DNA of 64,000 bases from Octopus sinensis (Eukaryota), in the NCBI RefSeq assembly GCF_006345805.1, contig NC_043005.1, positions 8,556,001 through 8,620,000 of the forward strand. Reading direction: 5' to 3'. Positions 1-12,108 of the stretch are shown in pieces (position 1 is the first letter of the stretch; every line of letters starts with the position of its first letter). The position numbers and the translations under genes were made by a program. Under the pieces are notes generated by a model. It had not been told where the DNA came from. It saw only the letters and a list, made by a program, of their open reading frames with translations, and did no database searches.

Positions 1-192
1 ATATGTGTGTGTGTTCTATATATAAATATGTATATTACACTTTTTAATACTTTTTGATAGTTATATATATTTTAAAAAAATCATAAATATAAATTAATAA
101 TTTTAATTTTAAATTTAAATAATTTTAATTTTTAAATTTTATATTTTATATATTTTGTATATTATATTTTTATTTTTATGTTTTCGTTTATG

Positions 193-238
193 TTTTTCAC
201 TGTTTGATTTGCCTAATAGTCGTTTTATCTCTAATTTA
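193..238. repeat. Fragment of the PLE-like terminus also seen at 15360-15405
   Basis: tttttcactgtttgatttgcctaatagtcgttttatctctaattta matches 15360-15405 with about 4 mismatches in 46 nt; followed by (TA)n. Confidence 0.7.
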
Positions 239-584
239 ATATATATATATATAAATAATTTGTATACATTTGTATATATAATGCGTACACACACACACAC
301 ACATATATAATGCGTGTATATATATATATATATATATATAATGTGTGCATTATGTGGTCGGTTGTGCTGAAAATATGCACACATATGTTAAAAGTGCTGG
401 CGAGTTTGCATGGCAACTATTTTTCTCCTCAAATGAAAGACGTGACCTCTAGGACAAAATTCCTCATCTTATAAAATGTGACCCGAGTAGACCCGAATGA
501 AATCGGGTTATATGAACCAAAATGTGCAAAGAGGTCTAAATGGAGCTTGAAGGGGATTAAAATTTACTGGAGCGGGTATTTAGG

Positions 585-857
585 AATTCTCTGTTACATG
601 AAGCTAAAAAATTTGCGCCAGCCTTTAAATCCTCAATGTGTTGCCGTCCATGATGAAGAAGTTTTGAATGCTTGCCATGGTGAGTCTACTGTCGTGAGAA
701 AGCATCACTTCAAAGCTTGGTGTTTAGAAATTTTCTTTTACATCAAGTTAAAAATTTTACGCCAGTCGTTAAACTGCCACTATGTTACTGTCTGTCGTTA
801 AGAAATGCCAGCCATGGTGACTCTACTATCCTCAGATTCTATCCTTTCAAACTTTGG
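585..857 (+). repeat. Diverged tandem duplication, unit about 140 bp
   Basis: 585-720 and 729-857 share ordered blocks (ttacat-aag-taaaaa-tt-cgccag, gccatggtga-tctact-tc, ttcaaa..ttgg). Confidence 0.7.
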
Positions 858-1062
858 TTTCCAATATTTCTTTTATTTTTATTCAGCTCGCAAGTTTGTC
901 TGTCCCTTTTAAATGTTAGTGTTTTGCTTTCTGCCTTGAAGCAGACCTTTCCGTTGTCACTGCCTGATATTTATGATTGATCTTTCAAACTACTTTCTTT
1001 CTCAACTTACTCAAGATCTTTTGTTGTTTATAAATGGGAGAGAGATAGATAAAGATAGAGAG

Positions 1063-1515
1063 TAAGAGAAAGCGAGGGAGAGTTCGAGAGAAGGGAAGAG
1101 TAAGAGAGTGGGAAAGGGAGAGAGAAACAAAGAGGGAGAATCATCATCATCATCATCATCGTCTAACGTCCGTTTTCCGTGCTAGTACGGGTTGGACGGT
1201 TTGACCGGGGTCTGGGAAGCCAAGAGGCTGCACCAGGCTCCAGTCTGATCTGGCAGTGTTTCTACAGCTGGATGCCCTTCCTAACGCCAAACACTTCGTG
1301 ATTGTAATAGGTGCTTTTTTCGTGCCACCGGCACAAGTGCCACGGGGGGAGGGGCACTGGCAGCGGCCACGATTGGTTGGTGCTTTTTACGTGCCACCGG
1401 TACAGAAGCCAGTCAAGGCGGTGCTGCCATCGGCCACGTTCGGATGGTGCTTTTTACGCGCCGAAAATAACAACCACACTCTTACCCGCGCGTAGAGCGG
1501 GTCACCTTAAGCTAG
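1063..1515 (+). mobile_element. Non-autonomous Helitron 3' end interrupted by a SINE
   Basis: Hairpin acccgc-gcgtaga-gcgggt then ccttaagCTAG|T; flanks match the uninterrupted copy at 41270-41428. Confidence 0.75.
1140..1458 (-). mobile_element. SINE-like element with (ATG)n tail, 3' part
   Basis: (tca)n tail at 1140-1160 and internal repeats of ggtgctttttacgtgccaccgg; absent from the paralogous Helitron copy at about 41345. Confidence 0.65.
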
Positions 1516-1671
1516 TATTGATTATATTCCTTTTCTCTATTTGCTGCAGAGCTCTTTACATGGTTATGGAGAAAAACGTGTTATTTTGTCCTTTAGGAAA
1601 ACGTTTATTTATGTTTGACAAATCTCCGCTCAGATGTAGGAGACCTGCGAAAAAAAAAAAGCAAATCTTTT

Positions 1672-1905
1672 TTAAGAAGCCCATCGTATATATGTGTGCG
1701 TGTATGTGTGTGTCTGTGTTTGTCCCCCCAACATCGCTTGACAACCAATGCTGGTGTGTTTACGTCCCCGTTAACTTAGCGGTTCGGCAAAAGAGACCGA
1801 TAGAATAAGTACTGGGCTTACAAAGAATAAGTCCTGGGGTCGATTTGCTCGACTAAAAGGCGGTGCTCCAGCATGGTCACAGTGAAATGACTGAAACAAG
1901 TGAAA
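1672..1905 (+). mobile_element. tRNA/CORE-type SINE, 3' tail module
   Basis: gtgtttgtcccc...cttagcggttcggcaaaagagaccgatagaataagtac...gactgaaacaagt, shared with the full copies at 33990, 40159, 52585 and 54008. Confidence 0.85.
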
Positions 1906-2309
1906 ACAGTAATACAACGCTGCAATACAGATGACATTTGGAGCCACAAAAGATTAAACTAAGCCAGGATTCATGCAAACATTCAAGATCCGCTGAAACT
2001 GTTACGAATTTTGGAAACCTGGATGAGGTCAATGAGTGTTGCTCGTAATTACCAAACGAAGAACTGAAAAAAGTTAGATTTTCGAAAAGCAAAAAATGTT
2101 TTGTGACGTATATTTGCCTACAAACTACAGTAGCATCCACCCTTAGGGGTTTAGCCATATTTAAATGGCAAATATACGTCACGATGTGTTGCAGCAACTG
2201 TTTATAACTCGCTCTAACTCGGTCTAAATCTAGCCGAACAAGCCTTACATTCTCTATCAAGGATCATATCGCACAAGGTATCTATGTTGAGAGAGCGTAA
2301 TGCAAGATT

Positions 2310-2700
2310 CGAAGATGCAACTGTCTCTGCATATCACCGGAGACTCAAGTACTCATGAATCAAAGGTAATGAGCTCAACCATCTTCCTGCTGGTACCATT
2401 GTATCTTTTCTTCTGTTCGTAACTGAGTCCACTGGGAACAAACTGCACAAATTTTGAGCATGTTCAAATCTTCATGAATGATTCTGTGTACAGCTGCTAA
2501 ATCTGCGCCAAATTTTGTTTATCATCTTTATGGATACACAACAGCCTTCATCTAACTCTGATGTTCTGACGTCCCTACACTAGTTTCTAATAATGTTATC
2601 TCTGGTCATCTCAAGACATACGATTGGAAGTGAATGGCCAAACACTCTTTGGAAGTCCGTCGGAAGTATATTAGCTGTACTTCGAAGCCTACCATATCAC
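2310..2700 (-). pseudogene. Decayed mariner transposase (HTH/linker region)
   Basis: Minus strand reads HRIIHEDLNMLKICA.FVP..LSYEQKKR, resembling the mariner WVPHEL linker; frameshifts and stops present. Confidence 0.65.
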
Positions 2701-3345
2701 AAAGTGTACTGCTTTCATACAATCCCAGAATAAATTAAATGGTACTATATGTCTATGGTATACGCAGCCATTTCCACGCTCATTTAATGAGATAGTACAT
2801 TTTAAAAAACAACTGAAAATTGCTCGTCAAAATGGAGATCAATTTAGACTGTGTATTTGTGAGTGTGTCTGAGAGCGAGAGAAAAGAAGGAGAGAGAGGG
2901 GGAAAAGAGGGTGATAAAGAGTATGTTTATATTTGTATATGTGTATACGAGGCACGAGAGTAGAGATGAACTACAACGTGAGAGTGAGTGAGTGACAGAG
3001 AGAAGTGGGGAAGAGACGGCTGAAGAGAATTTGTGAATGATTTGAAAGTAGATTGGAGGAGACGATTTGTTTAAAGTTTAAACGAATATTACGAGAGAAT
3101 AAAGCGAGTGAGAGTTATATGAAAACTAAGTTCTCTTAAGGAGGAGGAAGGCATTAAATGAGAGTCAATATACAGTGAATGGCACGAGGAGATTAAAGAA
3201 TATTAACAGAATGAGAGAAGAGATGATTAGTTTATTTCAACAAAGTTTGATGGCGGCCATTGCGGAAGCGGTTAGAGAAAAGATTTGCAAATAATTATAA
3301 AATATAGAGTGCGACTAATAATTAGACATAAATGACTAATCAATA

Positions 3346-3402
<57 letters not shown>

Positions 3403-3647
3403 GTATATTTATATATATATACATAAGATGGGAAATGAGATGAAAATATAAAAGTACAATGTGAATATATGTGAAAAACGGGAGAAGATGAAGATAAGGA
3501 TGCGTTGTGTAGTGGGGATTGTGATATATTAGAGGCTTGACGAAACAGGTATGTAAAAAAATTATTTGGGGAGCAATGAGTACAGTTGATGGAAGCACTA
3601 AAGAGAACGATCGAGGAACAGATTGTAAATAATCGATGCCAGCTGAC

Positions 3648-3994
3648 GGGAGAGAGCGAAAGGGAGAGAAAGAGAGAAAGAGAGAAAGAGAGAAAGAGAG
3701 AGAAGAGAGAAAGAGAGAGAGGGAGAAAGAGAAAGAGAGAGAGAGAGGAAGAGAGAGAAAGAGAGAGAGAAAGAGAAAGAGAGAGAGAGAAAGAGAAAGA
3801 GAGAGAGAAAGAGAGAGAGAGGAGAAAGAGAAAGAGAGAGAGAGAGTGAAAGAGAGAGGATATGAAAGAGGTGACAGAGAGAAAATTGAGAAGCTGAAAG
3901 AATGGAGCGGAAGAGAATGGAGCAGGGGGGGGGGAGAAAAACAATGTAGAAAACACGTGATACTTGAAGTGTGTTTTTACGACCTACTTTCACT

Positions 3995-4040
<46 letters not shown>
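3648..4040. repeat. (GA)-rich tract followed by a (CT)n tract
   Basis: Purine tract 3648-3870 and (CT)n 3993-4040; source of the spurious RE/LS ORFs. Confidence 0.95.
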
Positions 4041-4044
<4 letters not shown>

Positions 4045-4861
4045 TCTTTTCTATGAATCTTTCAATTTCAATATATTTTTTATGTGAATAATATCGACGC
4101 CGGTTATACGTTTCCAATGAACCAATCGCTGGTTCAGTGCATTTCCGTTTGCCAAAGTTACGAGTCATGGATGTGCAATTTAGTCTTTGAAAATTTTAGA
4201 TCGACAGCCGAGATTACTTTGGCAAAAGTTTCTGGTATTTCACTTCAATTCTAATACTCATGTGCAAAAATGTTTCTTTGGAAAGTGTGTGTTGACATGG
4301 GATGATGAGTGACACCGTGTAGGGATGAATGAATTGCCCTTAAAATACGATATATTTTATACAACCATAACAGTATTGCTTTGGGTTTTGATCGATTCTG
4401 TCTGGTGCGAAAACTGTAGTATTAGCTTTCTGTTACAACACATCTACGTTCAAAGCGAATCACATTATTTTTCCGCAGCCTCAGTTACAATAATTATACG
4501 AGATTTAGTTAAGACTAAAGTGAATTTAGTTGAGCATGCTTTAACAAGATTTGAACTTTCACACGCAGGTGGACTCCAGAACTTCCAATCTGGGCTGTAT
4601 TAATAGCCACCTTTCCAGCAATTTATTGCACTTCCAGCCTTGAAATCTGACTAAAATGATGAGATACGTTCTGACCAGACCAGCTGGTTTGCATTTGTTA
4701 CTTCAAAATCTAATCAGGATTACTCTGAAGTTCTCGAAGTGCAATAAATATATAGATGTGGGTATATAAGTGTATAAGTGTGTGTATGTTTGCATATATA
4801 TGTACATACATACATACGTACGTATGTACGTACATACATACATGCATACATATATGTGTGA

Positions 4862-5085
4862 GTGTGTGTCTGTGTTTGTTTCCCTGCCAATGCCTGACAA
4901 CCGATGCTGGTGTATTTTCGTCCCCATAACTTAGCAGTTCGGCAAAAGTGACCGATAGAGTTAGTGCTAGGCTTACAAAGAAAAAGTTCTGGGGTCGATT
5001 TGTTCGACTAAAGCCTTTTAGGTCGGTGCTCTAGCATGGTCACGGTTAAATGACTGAAACAAGTAAAAGAAAAGAATAAAAGAAT
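4862..5085 (+). mobile_element. tRNA/CORE-type SINE, 3' tail module
   Basis: Same tail as 1672-1905, preceded by (TG)n. Confidence 0.85.
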
Positions 5086-5183
5086 ACATATACGTACACA
5101 CGCTCACACACATACATATACATATACACATGCGCATTCATATATATATATACATATATATATATACATATATATATATATAC

Positions 5184-5229
<46 letters not shown>

Positions 5230-5548
5230 ATATATATATATATATATAATTAAGATAGATAGATAGATATGTTTCTTTATTAGCCACACAGGGCTGCACA
5301 CAGATAGAACAAATTACAAGGTAGAGCTTTTCTTTTGAAGGTTTAAAAAAAAAAATAAAAAAATAAAAAAATAAAAAAAAAAAAAAAAAAAAAAAATAAA
5401 AATAAAATAAAAAAAGGGGGGGGGGGTCGATCAAAAGGGATCGTAAAAGGAGAGAAAGAGGACAAAAAAAAGGGGGGGTTAAAAAAAAAAGGGGGAGAGG
5501 AAAAAAATTGATCAATAGGGATCGTTATCACAGAAATGTCAATATGAA

Positions 5549-5549
5549 G

Positions 5550-5581
<32 letters not shown>

Positions 5582-5588
5582 CAGATAC

Positions 5589-5666
<78 letters not shown>
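5549..5666. repeat. (GATA)n microsatellite
   Basis: Direct reading. Confidence 0.98.
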
Positions 5667-5667
<1 letters not shown>

Positions 5668-7199
5668 TTAAAGAGACTTTTAAATTATCACCAAAACTGT
5701 ATCCACTGAAATGATTCTAAATCTGTTTACGAAAGAATATTTTATAGAAATACAGAAAAACATTTATACTTAACCTCAACTGATTTATCTCAATTTATTT
5801 TCTTGTAATTTTGTCACGCGGAATAAGGCGCACATTGATTTAACTTCCAACTACTTCGCGTTTCGATATTGAAATCGTAAATATACATTTATGTTTCCTG
5901 CTAAAAAACAAATATTCGAAGATTTTTATCTGATTACTTATGACAGCTTCGAAAAGCTAAAAGACCACGCGGCTTGCTGTAGACTATTTTCGCAAAAGAA
6001 CCACATACATGTATAAGCGGAAGCTTTGTAAGCCGTGTGTAGAAAAGCAATAGCAACTCTATAGAAATCAGAGAAAAGTACACATGTAAACATGAATTAT
6101 GTAAGAACTAAAAATACTTTAAGCCATACTTAAATCTCGGTTGTTTCGGGTGCTTGCTGAAAACAAGTGGTCTCCACGTAGGTTTGAATACCTTGTCAAC
6201 ATAACGAAACAATTTTTAGCAACACAGTGTACTTAGATATTTTTTACTTTAAATTTTACTGTAGTTTTGACTCTAGATAAAATCGGAGTGGGTTATGTAC
6301 ACTTACTATAAGGCGCAACTACTATATATTCCTTCTACAACTACCTGGTTATTATTCCTTAACACTCTTCCTATAATGGACAGCAAAGTTTAAACACATA
6401 TATTTAATAACATTATAAGTTAGATGAAATTTATTAATTATATCTTGTTAGATACCATACAGGTTATTCATAGTTTTGTTTTCCAGAGTATCAGGCTAAC
6501 ACTGAGGAAGATACTGAGATATGTTAAACATTTTATGTGACACTACCATTCTAAAATGAGTGCCACTCCCTACTCCATGCCTCAATTACTATTTTCCTAC
6601 TTACAGTTCATCCTTACTATTCTCCAAATAATCAAATGACCTTTAGTCCTTTCGAGCTCTTCCTGCGACTAATTAATCCAAAGTTAATAATTTGTTCTGT
6701 ATGAAATGACTAATATTTTGGGGAAGTATCTGTTATCAACTTCCGTACCAAACTGAGGCATGTAACAGGTTGAAAATGTCTTTTCTTTTACCTACATTGT
6801 ATCTTTCATTATCACATTTGGAAGTTTCTGAACCATCCACTAAATACGCATTCGTATATTCCAGTAATTCCTTAAACACACACACAGACATATAAATATA
6901 CTTCGTCTAGTATTTCGTTTCTCGGGATTCTTCATGTGAATTCGTGTGCTGAAACAAATTTTGTATATTGAGAGGGTCGTTACGCCGATAAAAATAAACC
7001 CACGCGCTGGTTCACTGTTATTTCTATAATTTCAGTCTATTGATTAAATATCTAACCAACTAATTAATCGATGGTTTGTTTAATGTGTTGGTTAAACAAT
7101 CAATCGCTTGTTTCTTTGTCAAAATCCTTTCGTCGCTATTCGTGACGTCATGAATGACGTATATTTATTTTTATTTATTGTTTTTAATTTTATTTTATC

Positions 7200-7390
7200 T
7201 AGTTTCAGCTCACGAGCTGTGGCCATGCTGGGGCACCGCCATTTGGTGTTGCTACATGATCTTACTTCACGAATGCTTTTTAGCAACTGCCATTTGGTGC
7301 ATGAGAGAGTTCGATGCAGCTGCCCTCATCTGCACCTCCTGCCATGAAGTTGGTTCATCTGGGATACCTGACAAGAAGAGATACAGTTTC
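7200..7390 (-). mobile_element. SINE-like fragment with related tail
   Basis: gtggccatgctggggcaccgcc resembles the tail motif ggccatgctggagcaccgcc of the CORE-type SINE. Confidence 0.45.
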
Positions 7391-7920
7391 ATTTTAAAGA
7401 CATCTGCATCCATCCCATGCATGTCTCTTAGGTTCTTCGGAAGTACATATCTGAGTATATATCTGAGAATTAGTCTCTTACCAATAGGTATACTTCTACA
7501 TGTGAGTGTAGATGTGCGGTTGCTTCCAAGGGAATGGTATGGCGAGAATAAACGAAGTGTGTCTATGTGTATGTGTGTGTGTATGTGTGTGTGTGTGTGC
7601 GTGTGTATGAGTGCACTCGTTCATCTGCCTGCATGTGTGTTTGTTAGTGAGTATTGGCCATCCATGGTGCCAACCATGATGTCGTCAATGGTTCGGGTTT
7701 TCTTTTTGTCCAAGTCTGTTTGGTCTCAGATCTGCTGAGACTTCCTTGTCATCAAAGTGAGGATTCATAGGTGGAGTTCCTGGTGCGCATGCGTGAACGT
7801 ATTTGAATGCGTCCCTTTAGTTGGATATATAAACAACTGACTAACAATAAAGAAGTGATAATAAACCCGCCCTTTTGCCATTGTATTGGTTTAATTATCC
7901 TACTAAGATGCAACAGTATA

Positions 7921-7983
<63 letters not shown>

Positions 7984-8295
7984 ATGTGTGTGTGTATGTG
8001 TGTGTGTATGAGTGTGTGTGTGTAAATTTTATAAAGCTCAACATCTGTGAGTTTGTGTGTCCCTACTTCTATAGGAAGAGGGGAAGGCAAGCACTCCATT
8101 TGAAATTTCAAATACATCCACTTTTCATGGAAGATATATAAAATTTAAGTATGTATTCTTGGAATAAGTGTAATAAAAAAATTCAACAATGCATATCTCA
8201 TGCATTTATATATATATATATATACATGTATCTATATATACATACATATATATATGTATATATATATATGTGCATCTATATATATATATATGCAT

Positions 8296-8326
<31 letters not shown>

Positions 8327-8456
8327 CCTAATAAAAACTTACTTGGAGAATAAGAAATTGACGCGATGCCTTCAGTCATATAATACCTACATCTATATGT
8401 ATATATACATGCATATATAATATATAATATATATATATATATATATAATATATATA

Positions 8457-9060
8457 TATGAGTACAGGACACCACAAATAAACGTAGAACACAACGAGAA
8501 ACGAAAACATAAAATCAAACAAGGAAACAAACTTTTTTAACAACGAAAGATACAATACAAAACAGTATACATAGAGAATAAAAACAGGACAAGGAAACCA
8601 ACAATAAGGGCTTTTTTTTTAAAGTCAACACCAACTTTCTACTGTCTTCCGCAAGTCGATCTTCAGAATACGTTCCAACGAATTTTTCCACCGTGTAGGC
8701 TTAAAAAAAGCCCTTATAGTTGGTTTCCTTGTCCTGTTTTTATTCTATATATGTACTGATTTTTTCTTCATTTGTATTGCTTTTACGTCCTGTTCTTGTC
8801 ACTTTTTTTTACCCCTCTGCAAAATAATTTTATTTAATTCATTTTGCAGGAAGGGCTATTTCGACCGGATCGTGTTCTGCCCTTACCTTCGAAACACACA
8901 TTGAGTCGAACCAGGGGCAGCTGATGAAGGGGAATATTCCTTGTATTGTTTGTCTTGTATTCTGCTTTTTCGTTGTTAAAACAAGTCCGTTTCCTTGTTT
9001 GATTTTATGTTTTCGTTTCTCGTTGTGTTCCACGTTTATTTGTGGTGTCCTGTACTCATA
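8457..9060. mobile_element. Nested inverted-repeat cassette, probably PLE-derived
   Basis: Outer IR 8457-8528/8989-9060; inner IR 8563-8622/8701-8758; (TA)n on both sides. Confidence 0.7.
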
Positions 9061-9517
9061 TATTAATATGCATGTATATATACATATAGATGTAGGTATG
9101 TACATATATGTATGTATGTATGTATGAGTATGTTTTTTTATATATATATACATATATATACATGTACATATACATATATACATACATATATGTATTGATA
9201 TATAGATATATGTATATACATATGCATATATATATATATATACGTATATATACATATATATGTATACATATACATAGATAAGTATATGTACGTATATAGA
9301 AATGTATATATATATTATATATATATATACCCACAAATATATATATATATAGGCATATATATATATATACATGTATACATGCATATATACATATATATAC
9401 ATGTATATATACATATGTATACATATATATACGTGTATATAAATACATATCTATATATATACACAATAAGCAAAGTAAATTACGAGAAAACAAATATATG
9501 AACTAATGTAGACTTAA

Positions 9518-9900
9518 CTTGTATTCAATATTTCGGGGTTATGACCCCATTTTCAAGAACATAAAATTATGTTAAGAAAACTGCATGTACGCATTAAGGA
9601 ACACATGCAGACAGACACTTCCGTGGAGAAACATCTGCGGAAATGCCAGATCCGGGAATTCACAGTGTACTCAAGGCAACACAGCGGAACAAGGGCAACC
9701 TTAGAATCTCTGAGACCATCCTCATATACCAAAAGAAACCTGAGATCGACAACAGAAGAGAGTTACTTGAAGCTAGCTGGATGCTATATGAACAACTTTC
9801 CGCGCATGTCCACTCCACGCACTCTCACACACACGCACATCGGCAGCACACGTTTATTTTCCTGAAAATGGGGTCATAACCCAGAAATATTGAATACAAG
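9518..9900 (+). mobile_element. Penelope-like element 3' fragment (GIY-YIG endonuclease C-terminus) with inverted pLTR
   Basis: RKLHVRIKEH...SVEKHL and, after a frameshift, ISETILIYQKKPEIDNRRE; 48-bp IR 9518-9565/9853-9900. Confidence 0.8.
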
Positions 9901-10729
9901 GTATATCGTGCTTACATATTCTCAGTACCCGTTAACTTCATTCATTATTTCGCCCCTGTTTATATATCATCTATTTTCATTTTTCGAAGTTTTGATTTGT
10001 TAGTTTTTTTTCATTTTATTCTTGAATCATAATTTTTAAAACCACTTGAATACTTTCAGCTTTTAAGAAATAAAAAGAGAACTTTAATCTTTTTAATATT
10101 AAATTCTGTTGAATTTCTTATATCCACATCTAAATTTTTAATATGTTTTTTAATTATTGGATTTTTAATTATTAAATTCTTTATTTTCAGAAGTAATTTT
10201 TATATAATTTTCAAAGAAGCTATCATAATTGAAAAGAAAGCTTAATCCGTCTGCTGACACAATATACGATTTGAGGTTCGCTGATTGCGGATTCCACACT
10301 ATCAGGTGCACGTGCTGCATTCATTTCTAACCAATGTTAGCGTCTGAAAAGCAACTGATTAGTTATTTTGATCTGTGCAGACGGAGCTAGCACGGCCGCC
10401 ATTTCTTTGATAAGAGCTTTTGAAATAGAAATATACAAAAAAAAAAGAGACATGGTAAAAAATACAAGCCAGTGTTCGTGTTTTACTATGGTTTTCTTTC
10501 TCTTTACACTTCAATTACAGGCTTATTCTACTTTGTTTCTCATGCACTGATTTTATACACCAATGACCAAAATTTTATTATATGTTTGTAGTTTATAAAT
10601 TCAAATTTCTTTTTTTCCAGTATTAAAACTTCTAATGGTTTCATTAATTTTCAATTTTTCCATTATATATATGTATATATGTATATATACATGTATCTAT
10701 GTATGCATGTACGTACACACACACACAAT

Positions 10730-10766
<37 letters not shown>

Positions 10767-10932
10767 GTACGTATACATATATGCATGTGTGTAGGTGTAT
10801 ATAAGTGTATGTATATATATGTACATATATCTTGTGTGTATATGTATATATGTATTTATATATGTATGATATATGTATATATATGTATATATATATATAA
10901 TAATATGTATATATATATATGTATATATATAA

Positions 10933-10991
<59 letters not shown>

Positions 10992-11745
10992 CATATATAT
11001 ACATATGCATTCGTACATACATACAACACATACTTACACAGACAAACACCTTATATAAACGTGATGTGCGTCGCACCTTTGTGTATGTGTGTGTAGTATG
11101 CGTGTATGAGAGAAAAAAAGAGACACAGAAGAGGAATGCATATCTATTATGTATTATGAAGCATGCAATTAATGTTCCTGATTAATTAAAATTATCTTTC
11201 ATTCAAGTGAATAATAATCAAATACCTCTTGGAAACAGTGACGATCTCTGAATGAGAATGTAAAATAATCTCAAGAATTTTGTTCATTTCGAAACTGACA
11301 TGCCATTGACAAAAGTAGCATGTCTGGGGAGACATTCGCTTCCAAACTTTCATTGAAATTAAAAGAATATAAGTATTTTTCAGTGAAACGATATTCATGA
11401 ATAACTATATTTTTGCGATAAGTAGTATAGTGTGGGATAAAATGCATTGTCGTATATATCCTGTTTTTTTTAACGTTCAAATATTCGCAAGAGAGTTTTG
11501 CCTTCTACCCACTCGAGGTCGATAAAATAATGTATCACTTTAAGATAATGTTATCAATTGTATCAATTACTTCCCGTCTCCTTAAAATCACTAGCATTGT
11601 TCTTTAATACGAAAAATCATTAATACACAATTTTGACCTACTGGTTTAGGCCTCTCTTGAAATTCTTTCGAAAAAATGTATTCTAATTTTCTGCCGACAA
11701 GTTTTCTAGTTTCAAATATTTCATTGCGTTGTTGGACAACAATAT

Positions 11746-11887
11746 CACAGGAGTGGCTGTGTGGTAAGTAGGTTGTTTACCAGCCACGTAGTTCCGAGTT
11801 CAGTCCCACTGCTTGACACCTTGGGCAAGTGTCTTCTACTATAGATTCGGGTCGACCATAGCCTCTTGAGTGGATTTGGTGGACGGA

Positions 11888-11890
<3 letters not shown>
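11746..11890 (+). mobile_element. tRNA/CORE-type SINE head ending in (TA)n
   Basis: ggagtggctgtgtggtaag (A box), gttcagtccc (B-box-like), ccttgggcaagtgtctt (CORE-like). Confidence 0.85.
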
Positions 11891-11932
<42 letters not shown>

Positions 11933-12046
11933 TAGAGTTAAAAACCACAGAAGACTTGTGTGTTATATGGTTAAAGAATATATTTAAATCGTCATGTTAG
12001 AAAAATGTTATAAAAGTTTGTGTGTAGTAACATTGTTTTGGGATAC

Positions 12047-12108
<62 letters not shown>

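Noticed and set aside
5340-5520. Unusual homopolymer-rich segment
   Set aside because: Looks like low-quality long-read consensus within a repeat
5800-7160. CpG-enriched patches with CGGAAG and TGACGTCA motifs (promoter-like)
   Set aside because: Short motifs with no linked gene; not supportable from sequence alone
10246-10385. 9-bp inverted ends tccgtctgc/gcagacgga
   Set aside because: Too short and no TSD; could be chance
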